Source of the DNA: Raillietiella orientalis
Taxonomy: Eukaryota
Assembly (NCBI GenBank): GCA_036172245.1
Contig: JAYWIR010000119.1
Coordinates: forward strand, 1-64,000
Reading direction: 5' to 3'
Length of the DNA: 64,000 nt
Shown: one piece after another, positions 46,755-57,110 of the stretch
Numbering within the stretch: the stretch's first letter is position 1
Layout: every line of letters starts with the position of its first letter
Program-made: the position numbers and the translations under genes
Notes under the pieces: generated by a model
The model's database searches: none
What the model was told of the DNA's origin: nothing
The model's input: only the letters and a program-made list of their open reading frames with translations

Positions 46755-49700
46755 TTGTCACCCGGGTGCGCGGGGGCGTTTATTATAAACTATCCGGGAA
46801 CAGGGTTCCCGGACAAAGGGGAAAACAAGAGACGAAGGGGGTGGGATCCCCGACACGCAGGTCGGTATGCCGAAAGTCCGGAACGGGAGGGAAGGGACCA
46901 CAAACACACTACTATATAAAAAAATAAAAGAAAAATATGGAGGGCAGGGGACAGCGGTCTTTGGTAAATCCGTTCCTTCCTTTCAAAACCGGCGATGGAT
47001 GCCGGCGATCTCTCTCCTTACGCCCTGTGGCAGATGGGCCCACTGGGCAGCCGACGACATGTTTGCGCTGGCTAATCCGGTGGGCTGACGAAGGATGGCC
47101 AGCTTCTCCAACTCTCGGTGGGCCTTGTCGATGGCGCGGGTGCAACACACGGTTGCAACGACAGCATTCAATGACAGGCCGCCTGCCGTGAAGAAGCGGC
47201 GCATCAACTTCCTCGCTGTGTCCCCCTGGTGCAGGAGAGCTGAGGCCAGCCTTCGCCAGAGTCCTAGAAGGACACCGCAGTCCAGGAGCAGGTGCGGGAG
47301 CGTTTCCACTTCCCCGCACCGCTTACAGTTTGGGGAGACGACTCCCCCGGAAACAAGGTTCGTGCGCTGGTTGGAGTGAAAACCCCAATGCACCAGCATA
47401 ATCACGTCCTGCTTCCACGAAAGGGGGAACACAGAAGTGTTCAGACACGAGGGAGGAACCACAAGTTCTTCAAGGGGCACACTCAAGTGTTCGCTCCACC
47501 GAAGGAGTCCCTTCGGAACGTGGCGAGGTGTGGCGGCGTCCGCCAGCTCGCAAGTCTTCCAGCCGCCAATAGGTCGCGTTGTTCTTGCGATGGTGCAGGC
47601 GACCTCCCATCTCGCCGGTTCGCAACTGTCATCTCTTGCCCTGAGGGCTGACAGTGCGTCTTCGAGGGGGGTGACGGCCAGGCGGGTCCACTTCTCCTGG
47701 CTGTTGCACACCTCATCCACCGTGCAGTACGGGGAGAGGTGAGCGCAAAGGAGTTCCAGGAGGGAAACATCCTGGTGCTTTGCCCAGCCATGCAACGGTT
47801 CCTGCCTCCAGGCTTCAAAGTTTGTTGGGCGGCAGAAGATCCATTCCTGGGCTTCCAGGAGCCGATACAGCGGTTTCAAGGGGAAACCGAAGCTTCTCGT
47901 GGCGCGCTCCGTGTGCGGCCGCAGCGACAGAAGTCCATCGCTGCCTGTGCAGCGCCGCAGAAGCAGGCGCGCGGGAGCGCACCACGGAGTGGACCAAAGG
48001 TTGGCGCACAGGGCCAACATCCGAAGCTGCACCTGCAGCTCGATTCTCTCCAGCATCAGGATGCCTAAGCCAGCATCCCGACGCGGAGCCGTTAAGTCTT
48101 TGAGGCGGATCCTGGACCTCGTAGGTCCCCACAGAGCGTTCCTCAACAGGCTTTGCGCCTGGAGCTTGGTCGAATAGGGAGGAGGACAAACAAAAAGCAG
48201 GGGGCGTAAGAGGGGGCAACGAAGGTGTTCCACGCTGTGGCCAGCTCCGGCAGGACGAACCTGCCATGGTGGAACGGGCTCAGGGCATTCGAAGCCTTCC
48301 GAAGGCAGTCCGACCACACTTCCACTGGGCTGATGTTCCTCAGCGGAACGCCCAGATATTGCACGGAGGAAGCGGTCGGGATCCCCAGGCGGATCCAGTC
48401 GGACTGCCCCTCCCACGCCGCACCAATAGGTACGACCACGCTCTTGCTCCGGTTTACGCTCATGCCCGCTCCCCGGCGAATCAGCTCGAAGAAATCCTCG
48501 AGACTGGACGCCGGGGTGGTCATGGGTAAGAGGAGAAGCAGGTTGTCAGCATAGGCCGCCACAAACGGCGTTCCTGGACAAGAGCTCGGCAGGTTGGCCA
48601 GCGTCAGCCTGTACGCCCTCAGCACCAACTCAAAGAAGATGCTGAAGAGCAACGGGCTTAAGCTGTCGCCCTGCCTGATGCCCCACCGCACCGGCACGCC
48701 GTACACGTGGCAGCCGCTAAAAGAGATGGAAGTGAGCGCGTGGCGCCAGCAAGCGCGCAAATACGCCACGAGGTGCACCGGGAGACCGAGGCGTTCCAGG
48801 AGCTCCAGCAGGAGATCCTGATTTACGCAATCGAATGCCTTGCGGAGATCGACGGCGACCGCCAAGGCACCCGGCGCTTCCCCAGGCCGAATGCAGCGAC
48901 GCCTAGCCTCGGCAGCCGCAGACGCGGTTGCCTGGCTTTCGTGCGCCACGCAGCGTTGCAGCTCGAGCCACGTGCGCGCGAAGAACAGGTTCGCCTCCAT
49001 GGACCACCCGGGAGCAGCGTAAGACTGCTCCGGAGTTACCACGGATGCAGCGATCCTGCCCAGGCGCACGACCCACAGCCTGGAGAACAACTTGACGTCC
49101 GCATTCACCAAGGTGATGGGACGCCAGTTGCTTAAATGGCGCATGTCTCCACCTTTCGGCAACAGACGCACCCTTGCTGAGCGAAACGAGGCCGGGACAT
49201 TGCCCGTCTCTCGCATCAGCGCAGAAAGCCTCAGCACTAGGGGGATGAGTTCCGCCACGAAGCACTGGAAGAACTCCGCAGACAGACCATCCTCACCTGG
49301 CGCCTTGCGCTTCTTGAGGCCCGTTATGGGGGAAGACACTTCTTCCGCCGTGAAGGGCAAGTCAAGAGTGGCGCGTTCCTCCTCGTCGACCGCCGGGGAA
49401 TACGCCGGAAGAAGCACCTCCGAGAGACTGCGTTCCGTCGTCTCCCTAGCGTACAACGAGGAGTGATAGCGCTTTAGGAAGCGGCGAACTTCGACCGCGC
49501 CCGAGCACTCCAGGCCCTGGTCGTCGAGCAGACAAGCTGCTCCTGACTGCCAGACCTGGCGCTCGGCCTTGGCCTTGTACTCCGCAAGGTACCGGACGTC
49601 CGGGCATCGGGAGAATTGGCGCGCCTGCAGAAACTCTCTGCTGTTGGCCACGCCTTCCCCGAAGCCACGGGGAAGCAGGCGCAAGGGGAACCGGCTGCAG

Positions 49701-50642
49701 AACTCGCGGACCGATCTTTTCAGATCGTCCCAGTCCACGAGCTCTCGAACGGCAAACGCCCGGAGATGCTGACGGAGGTGCTCCGCAGCCACCGGATTTC
49801 TCAACCAGTCGGCCGGCAACCTCCAGACGTGCGTCGGAGGGCCCTTGCCAGGCGGGAGTAGCTCAAACTCCAGCCTGTAGTGGTCGGAAAGCTCGGACGG
49901 CACGGGACCTCTTCGGCCCACCCGACAACGCAGGTGGTCGTCGAGGAAGACATGGTCCGGCAAAGCACGCATTCCGGGATCGTCGGCCAGCAAATTCGAG
50001 GCGTGCACCGACGCGCACACCTCGTTCACCAGCCGTTTCTCCCGGCGACGGTGAGACTCCTCCGATAGCGCGTAGACGTTGAAGTCCCCGGCTACGAGGT
50101 GAGCCACGTCGGGGCCGGAGTTGCTGAGCCAGCGGTCGCGCAGTCTCTAGAAGAACTCCAGTTTCTCGGTGTGACCCGCGGAGCCGCTCGGCGCGTACAC
50201 GTTCGTGACGACAAGGTTGATCGATTCGGACCACTTGAGAACAAATTGGCCCACACGACCTTCCTCGTCGAAACAAACGCTCCGCACCGCTCCCGCCACC
50301 CTGACCCGGACAAGGAATGCGACTCCGCAGGTATTCTGGGAGCCTGACCTCCAATGGAGCGTCTCGCCTGCGCGAACTTGCAGATCGGCCGCTTGCTGCT
50401 CGGAGAGTGCGTGAATCTCCTGCAGCAGGGCCAGATCGAAGTAGCGCAAGACGTTGGCAACCAATCGCCTCTTCTCGTTGTCCTGCAGCCCGTTGACGTT
50501 CCAACAGGCCACACGGACGCGACGGGAAGAAGCGAGACCGCGCATTGCTGCTACGGACATGGAGGTGCGTTCCTCGCCCCTTCCGGCGAGGCATCAGCCG
50601 GGAGCACGGCGGATGAGGTAGCGCAAGCGAGGCGCACACAAC
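46755..50642 (-). mobile_element. Element F: complete but frameshifted ORF2 (about 50560-46983) plus 3' terminus; ORF1 mostly lost
   Basis: ORFs 50147..50560 (EN), 48143..50107 (EN-RT, YADN), 46983..48416. Terminus aataaacgcccccgcgcacccgggtgacaa. Confidence 0.9.
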
Positions 50643-51883
50643 GCCCTTGGTGCGTTCCGGCCCTACTCCTTGCCAGCCGTGTATCCGGGACGAAGGGTCT
50701 CGCGTCTTATCTTCTGTGCCGTGGCAGGAAGATCAAGGGATGCGGACTTCTCCTGGGGAGCATGGCAACTCTGGCTAAGGAAAACGACTGGATGGTATGC
50801 AGCCCCGCCAACTCCTCCGAATGGCTGGAGGAGACAGCTGGCACGTGGGCGAAGATAAACCAGAAGAACGGAGAGATGTGGAACTGCCTGCGACGCGGCA
50901 GCTATTCCCGCTGCACTCTGCGGAAGTTACTCCAGTGTCCAGCGAGAAGCACGTGGGCAGAGACAACCCCCCTAGCAACGGCGATACCCTTCCTGAGGAG
51001 GGCGCTCTCCAGCAGCCGCAAGCCTAGGTGCCAAGTCTCCTGCCACATCGCAGGCAACGAGAAGTTGATAAGCGGCTGGTCCACGGGGCAACTGGCAGAC
51101 GCCACTACCCCTAGTGTCCAGCCGAGAGGACTTCAGAGATGAGGCGAGCTACTCGGCATCCAGCCGGATGACCTGAAGTGTCCCCCGGTAGTAATTGGTT
51201 CTAGAATCCTCCCCCTGAAGTGGCAGGAGTAAGGGTTTCTGTTGTTGCATTGGGGTCTACCCAGCAACGCACGCCGCCACCACTGGACCAGGGTTCGAGT
51301 AGATCCTACCTGCATCAGGTGTGGGGAACGGGAAACCCTCCCCCACCTCCTTGTTGATTGTGCTGCCCTCCGAACCCTGTGGGAACGTCTTCGTGCCTCC
51401 CTACGGATCCAGGAGGGCAGCCAGCCCAGAGACGTTTTTCGGCTTCTGTTCTTGCAGGATTCCCTTTCGTCCAGCCGCTACCCTGGCTGCACTTTGCTGC
51501 GTACGCGGGATTGTGACGTGCTGGAGCAACGTCAGAAGACCGAGCCACGACAGGGATGCCGTCGTACTTGCAGTCCGCTACCTGCGGATTGCGACCAGAT
51601 GGCCCCACCTGGGAAAAATACGCACGAACCTCAAGGGCATCCTGCAAAGGATGGATCCTCCTCCCAATGGACCTTGATCCCTTCCCTGCCCTCCCAAATC
51701 TTTTTGTTTTTATGATTTAGTTTTCTTTTTGTTTTTTCTCCCACCCCCTTCTGATGCCGAGGAGAGTCGCGCCGGTCTGCGTTCCGGCGACACGGCAGGT
51801 CCAGTTGAGTTTGCCGTAGTGGGGCCTCGTACCACGAATCATAGAGAATTTGAAATAAACGCCCCGGCGTGACCGGGTGGCAA
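50643..51883 (+). mobile_element. Element M: 3' fragment, inverted duplicate of the 3' part of E
   Basis: ORFs 51242..51715 and 41963..42436 are near-identical. Terminus aataaacgccccggcgtgaccgggtggcaa (51854-51883). Confidence 0.88.
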
Positions 51884-54800
51884 CCAGCAACTAGGCGCCC
51901 GCATTCACTATTGTGATGGGACGCCAGTTGTTCATGCTCCTCAGATCTCCTCCCTTAGAGAGGAGCCGCACCTTTGCCGAACGAAATGAGGCGGGAACGT
52001 CACCTGTCTCGCGTATCAGCAAGGTGAGTTGCTGTACCAGGGGGGTAAGCTCAGCCGCGAAAGTTTGATAAAACTCCGCGGGCAGGCCGTCCTTCCCTGG
52101 AGCTTTGCGGCTCTTGAGCTTTCCGAAGGCCGAGAGGATCTCGTTCATCGTGAAACGCTCGTCGAGGGTCTTTCTCTGCTCCTTTCCGATCGCTGGAGCG
52201 CCTTCCGGAAGAAGGAGTCGTGAGACGTTCTTCTCCAGAGGTGCCCTGGCATACAGGGAGGAGTAGTAACTCCGCAAGAGGCAGCGGATTTGGGCGGGTG
52301 CCGAGTGCTCCTGGCCCTGATCGTCCAGCAAACTGGCCGATCCGGACTGCCAGGCTTGCCTCTCGGCTCCCGCTTTGTATTCCGCCAGCCTGCGGATGTC
52401 GGGGGTCCTTGCGTAACGACGGGCCTGCAGGTAGGCTCGTTCCTTACGGACCGTGGTCCCAAAACCCGTAGGTAGGCGGGGCAGAGGGAACTGGTCGCAG
52501 AACTCCTGGACCGACCGCTTGAAGCGATCCCAATCCTGGATTGTCCGCACCCTGAAGCTTCGTATGAACGTGTGGAGATGTTCCGCCGCGTCCGGGAGCT
52601 TCAGCCAGTCCCCTGGGAGACGCCACACTCACGAGGGGGGGCCCCTGTCGCGCGGATGGATCTCGAGGACTAGCGGGCGATGGTCGGACAGCTCGCACGG
52701 TAACTTGCCGCGCCTGCCCACGCGAGGGCACAGGTGCTCGTCAAGAAACACGTGGTCAATGCTGTTTTCCATCCCCGGTGCACTGACCAACAAATTACAG
52801 GTGTGCACCGCCATGCACACCTCGTTGACCAGGTCACGCTCGGGATTCTGCCCATCTGGTTTCAGGCGAACGTTGAAATCGCCTGCAACCAGATGGGCAT
52901 TCCGCACGCCTGCTTCGGTCAGCCAGTCTCGCTGGAGGGCAAGGAAAAGCTCTTTCCTCGCCCTCCTGGTCATCAGATCTGCGCCGCTCGGTGCGTACAC
53001 GTTCGTGACGATCAGATCGATCGAGTCGGACCACCTGAGAGTCAGCTGGCCGACACGACCGTGATCGTCGAACCGCACGCCCAGAGCCGCGGCCTCCACG
53101 GCTGGCCGAAGCAGGTAGGCGACACCGCAACTTTTCGCTCTCCCACACCTGTACCATAGCCGCCCTCCGGAGATCCGTTCGATCTCTTGCGCTTGTGCTG
53201 CAGAGATCACGTGGTTCTCCTGCAGCAGCGCAAGGTCGTAGGACTCCAGAAGTGCGGCCATGTCTCTTCTTTTGTTGGCGTCTGTCATGCCGTTCACGTT
53301 CCAAACGGCCATGCGTAGTCGACGGCGGGAGGAGATTCCTGGCATTACTGCTGGGAAGATTAAAGTGTGGGGGAGCCCGCCTCTTGCGAGGCGGGTGGGA
53401 TGTCCTAGGGGGTTCTCGGACTTCTCAGGCACCTGAGCCACCGCTTTGGCCTTCACCCCCTCCATCCCCTCCATGTCCGTGCGTGGGAGTCTCTCGGGCG
53501 ACGGGTCCCGAGAGTTCCCCACGCTCATGGCACCCTCGCTTGCGGAAGCCATCTCTTCCCGTACGACGGGAAAGACGAGCTTCCTTGGCTTTGTGGACTT
53601 ACGTCCACCCTTCTTGCGCGGTGCCGTGGAAACGGAGGCTTCGCTTCCGGCCTCCACCTCGGGGTCGGAAGTGGGGGACTCCTGAGGGGAGGCCGGACGC
53701 CTTACGGCCTTCTTGCCAGCCTTGGAGGCTTTTGGCTGCAACGAGGCAGCCAGTTCCTCCGCGGCTCGCGCGAAGGCTGCGTCATCGATGGTGGTGTCGA
53801 TGACGGACGCCGCCGCCGGCTCGCTTCCCTCGCTATGACAGAGTCAACAGGGGGGAGGTCGCCGGTAGCGGCGAGTTCTTTCTGGCAGCGTTCGGCAACA
53901 TCGAGAACGCGTTCGACAACGACGCTGCACTCTTTAATTATCGCGCTACCGTGCTCTTTCTTCTTCTGTTGGTATGCGATTTTTTTTTTCGTCCTCTTCT
54001 CCTTCTTTGATTTTTTGGCCGTTGCCACTTGCCACCCAGTCTCCTGGCCGCTCCCTCAACTTTTTCGGCGTTGGAAGCCGGGGTCTCGGGTGCGGCCTGG
54101 GTCTTGGGCGCGGGTGGCACAACCTTCGCGGCAGCTTTCGCTGCCAGCGTTTTCTGCAGAAGCCGGGCGCGTTTTTTAAGGTTTCTCTTGGAAACCACCC
54201 GCACTGCTGCTTTAGGGCACACCTCCCTTGTGTGACCCATTGTGCCACATGCTTGGCACTGCACGTTGGGACACCTCTTTTTGAGGTGGCCCGACGTATT
54301 GCAGAAGCCGCAGTATTTCGGCTTCCCCACATACCAGAGGTCGACGGTTCCGCCTTCGACCACCAGTTTGTGGGGAAGAGTGCAGCCCTCCCGAACGGTC
54401 ACGCGAGCAGCCGTGAGGCCATATTGCAGCCCCGTGTAGTCCTCGAAAGGACTAACTTTCGTCCACTGCGTGTGGACCGTTCCGTGTTCCTCCAGCGCGG
54501 CGCGAATTTCTTCCTTGCGCTTCCGCGCAGTAACACCTAACAGGTGGACCACCATGCTACGGTTCGCCGTAATAGGGAGGAGACTGCGCGTCTCCATCAC
54601 CACGGGGGTTGTAAGCAGTCGTTGGACCAGCTCTGCTTGTTTGCAGATGACCTCAACGTACTGACCCCCGCTGCGGATGGTCATAGCCCTGAGCTCCTCC
54701 TCTTTCACATCGAGAGCGCGCATGCCCTTCGAGAAGGCGCGCGCGCTCTCTAAAGAATATAAATTGCCTACCTTGTAGAACAATGAGGGGTTGTACTCCT

Positions 54801-55113
54801 CCTCTACATAGGCCGACAATTCCGCCGCGGCTGCAGGCGATGGCGCCGACACAATGGCGCTCCACGCCCGCGCTGCAGCGGGGACCGATTCTGTGGGGGC
54901 GGATTCCCCCATTTCCATCGCCTCTGGGGGTGACGTTGCCGCCGCTTCCTGGCTCTCTATCGCGTCTGGGAGCTGCGTTTCCGCTGCCCCCTGTCCATCC
55001 CTGGTGATCGCGTCAGGCATCGCTGCCTGATCGACCACCGAACCACAGGACGCTTGCACTGGGGGAGACTTTTTGGCACGAGGAGCACCGAGAAAACACG
55101 TCCGCCCTCGAGC
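51884..55113 (-). mobile_element. Element L: H-family 5' end, ORF1 (ATG 55020), EN and start of RT, interrupted by M
   Basis: ORFs 53938..55059 (CGFCNTSGHLKKRC), 52629..53741 (EN), 51891..52628. Confidence 0.9.
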
Positions 55114-57110
55114 GCATAAGGCGTTCGTCTGTGTAGACCAGGAACTCCTCTTGGAGTTTCTGGAGCGTCTTGGGCTTCCGATTCAACTTTTCCTGTACTT
55201 GCGCTCCTGCTGGTGCCACGCTCTACTGAACTTGCATTTCAGTGGCTCTCGCGTGTACGGCGTGGCCGTGCGCTGAGGTATAAGGCAGTGCGACAGCTTT
55301 AGCCTGTTGCTCTTGAGCATCTTCTTTGAGTTGATGTTTAAAGCGTACAGGTTGACGCTTGCCGTCCTGCGCAGAGCCTCTCCCTGCACTCCGTCCGCAT
55401 CAGCATACGCCGACGACATTCTTTTTCTGTTGCCCATGTCCGTTTCTCCGGAGTCGTTCGAAGACTTCTTGGAGATGATCCGTCGTGGAGCAGGCATGAG
55501 CCTTAACAGGGCGAAGTGCTGCGTCGTGGCGGTGGGTGCGTCGTGGTTGGGGTAGGCCGAGTGGGTCCGCCTCGGGATCCCCACGTTCAGGTACTTCATG
55601 TACCTTGGCGTTCCGTTGGGCGACATCTGCTCGTCAGAAGCGTGGTCGGCCTATCTTCAAAAGGCAGAGATGGCTCTCGGCCCGTTTCTGGAAGGCAAGT
55701 TGGTCTTTTCGGAAAGGGCGTGCATATGGAACACTTTTCTTGCACTCCTCCTCCGACCCTTGTTTTTTGTTTGCCCGCCTCCCTATTCGGTGAAACTACC
55801 GGCGCAGCGTCTCCTACCCAAAGTGTCGTGGGGCGCTGCAGGCTCCAAGGTTTGCCTTAAAGATTTGGCTGCACCATGCTTGGTTGCAAGCTTAGGCATC
55901 CTGACCATATAGAAGATTGGACTGCAAGTGCAGTTCCGGCTTCTATCCCTATGTGGGAAATTCTGGTCTAGTCACTGGTGTGCTCCGGCTCGCCATATCC
56001 TCCAGCGATGTGTCGGCAGTGCATGACTGCTTTCGTTGCTGCCGCGCAACTTTCGCCGTAGAACTGGATTTGGCTACCCACTGAGGCATCTGTTTTCGTT
56101 GTTGTTAGCCCATTTTTGGATTTCCTGTCGTCCCTTCAGCTGGAATGCCTGGCAGCAGGAAGCTCTGGAGCATGGAATTCCACTTTGAATGTGCGTCCAG
56201 AGCAACTGGGACCTCTAAAGGGCCTCTTACGCAAACCGCTAGCAGTCATGCTAATGGACTGGTCGCTTTGGTCCCGGGTAGCCGTCTCACTCATCGCCGC
56301 AGGGCTGTCTGCCCTCAGGGCAAACAACGACAGTAGCCAACCGGCAAGGTGGAAGTTTTTCTGCAGCATTGCAGGAGTGGAAAGACTGCTGAGCGGCTGC
56401 AAAACAAGCGTATTGGTAGAAGCTGCCACTCCTCGTTACCCGGCAAAGGGACTCCTTCGGTGGAGAAAGGTTGTTGGATTACTCCTCGAAGATCTTGTGG
56501 TCCCTTCCTTGTGAGTGGACACCTCCGTGTTCCCGCTTCGATGGAAACATGATGTTCTGCTTTTCCTGCACTGGGGATTTCAGTGCAATAATCGCAGGCA
56601 CTTGGTTTCCGGAGAAGTTGCCTTCCTGAACTGCCTCTGGTGCGGGGAGTTAGAATTGCTTACGAACCTGCTCTTGGACTGCAGTGACTTGCGGGAGTTA
56701 TGGCGGAGACTTGCTTCGGCGCTTCGTCGTCCCCAGGACATTGCCATCGACCTACCGCGACGTTTCTTTAGGGAAAACGGACTATAAAAAGGCGCTGTGG
56801 TCGCAACAATCTGTTACATCCGCGCCATCGTAACGGCCCGCCGTAAGCTACAAGGAAGCTCCCGGCGAAAGGTCGCCGACAGGATATCCGCGAACCTCAT
56901 GAAGGCAGCTGTCAGGTGGCCTCATCTGTCCACATAATTCTCCAGGGAAGTCGCCATCGTCAAACAGCGCTTCTAGGAAGATGAGGAACGTTTAATACCA
57001 AAGATACCTGACCCCAACCTCCACTGTTTTTTGTTTGTTCTGTTCTTTTTTGTTTTTTTTGTACCCCTATCCCCCAGTTCGCTTCTTTTTGAAGTCGGCC
57101 TGCGTGCCCA
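55114..57110 (+). mobile_element. Element N: heavily decayed RT 3' half (I/F-like); host of L and outermost element of the cluster
   Basis: HKAFVCVDQE, YADDILF, YLGVPLG, CLWCGELE, with many stops. T-rich 3' UTR at ~57025-57090. Confidence 0.85.

Larger units (their letters stand above)
39840..53835. repeat. Inverted duplication, arms ~39840-43034 and ~50644-53835
   Basis: Same insertion junction and the same nonsense changes in both arms. Confidence 0.8.

Noticed and set aside
55060..55113. HDV-like ribozyme at 5' ends, suggested by tgc-TCCTCG(T/A)-gc in the L and J/K UTRs
   Set aside because: No P1 partner or P1.1 GG could be found by eye in the required order.
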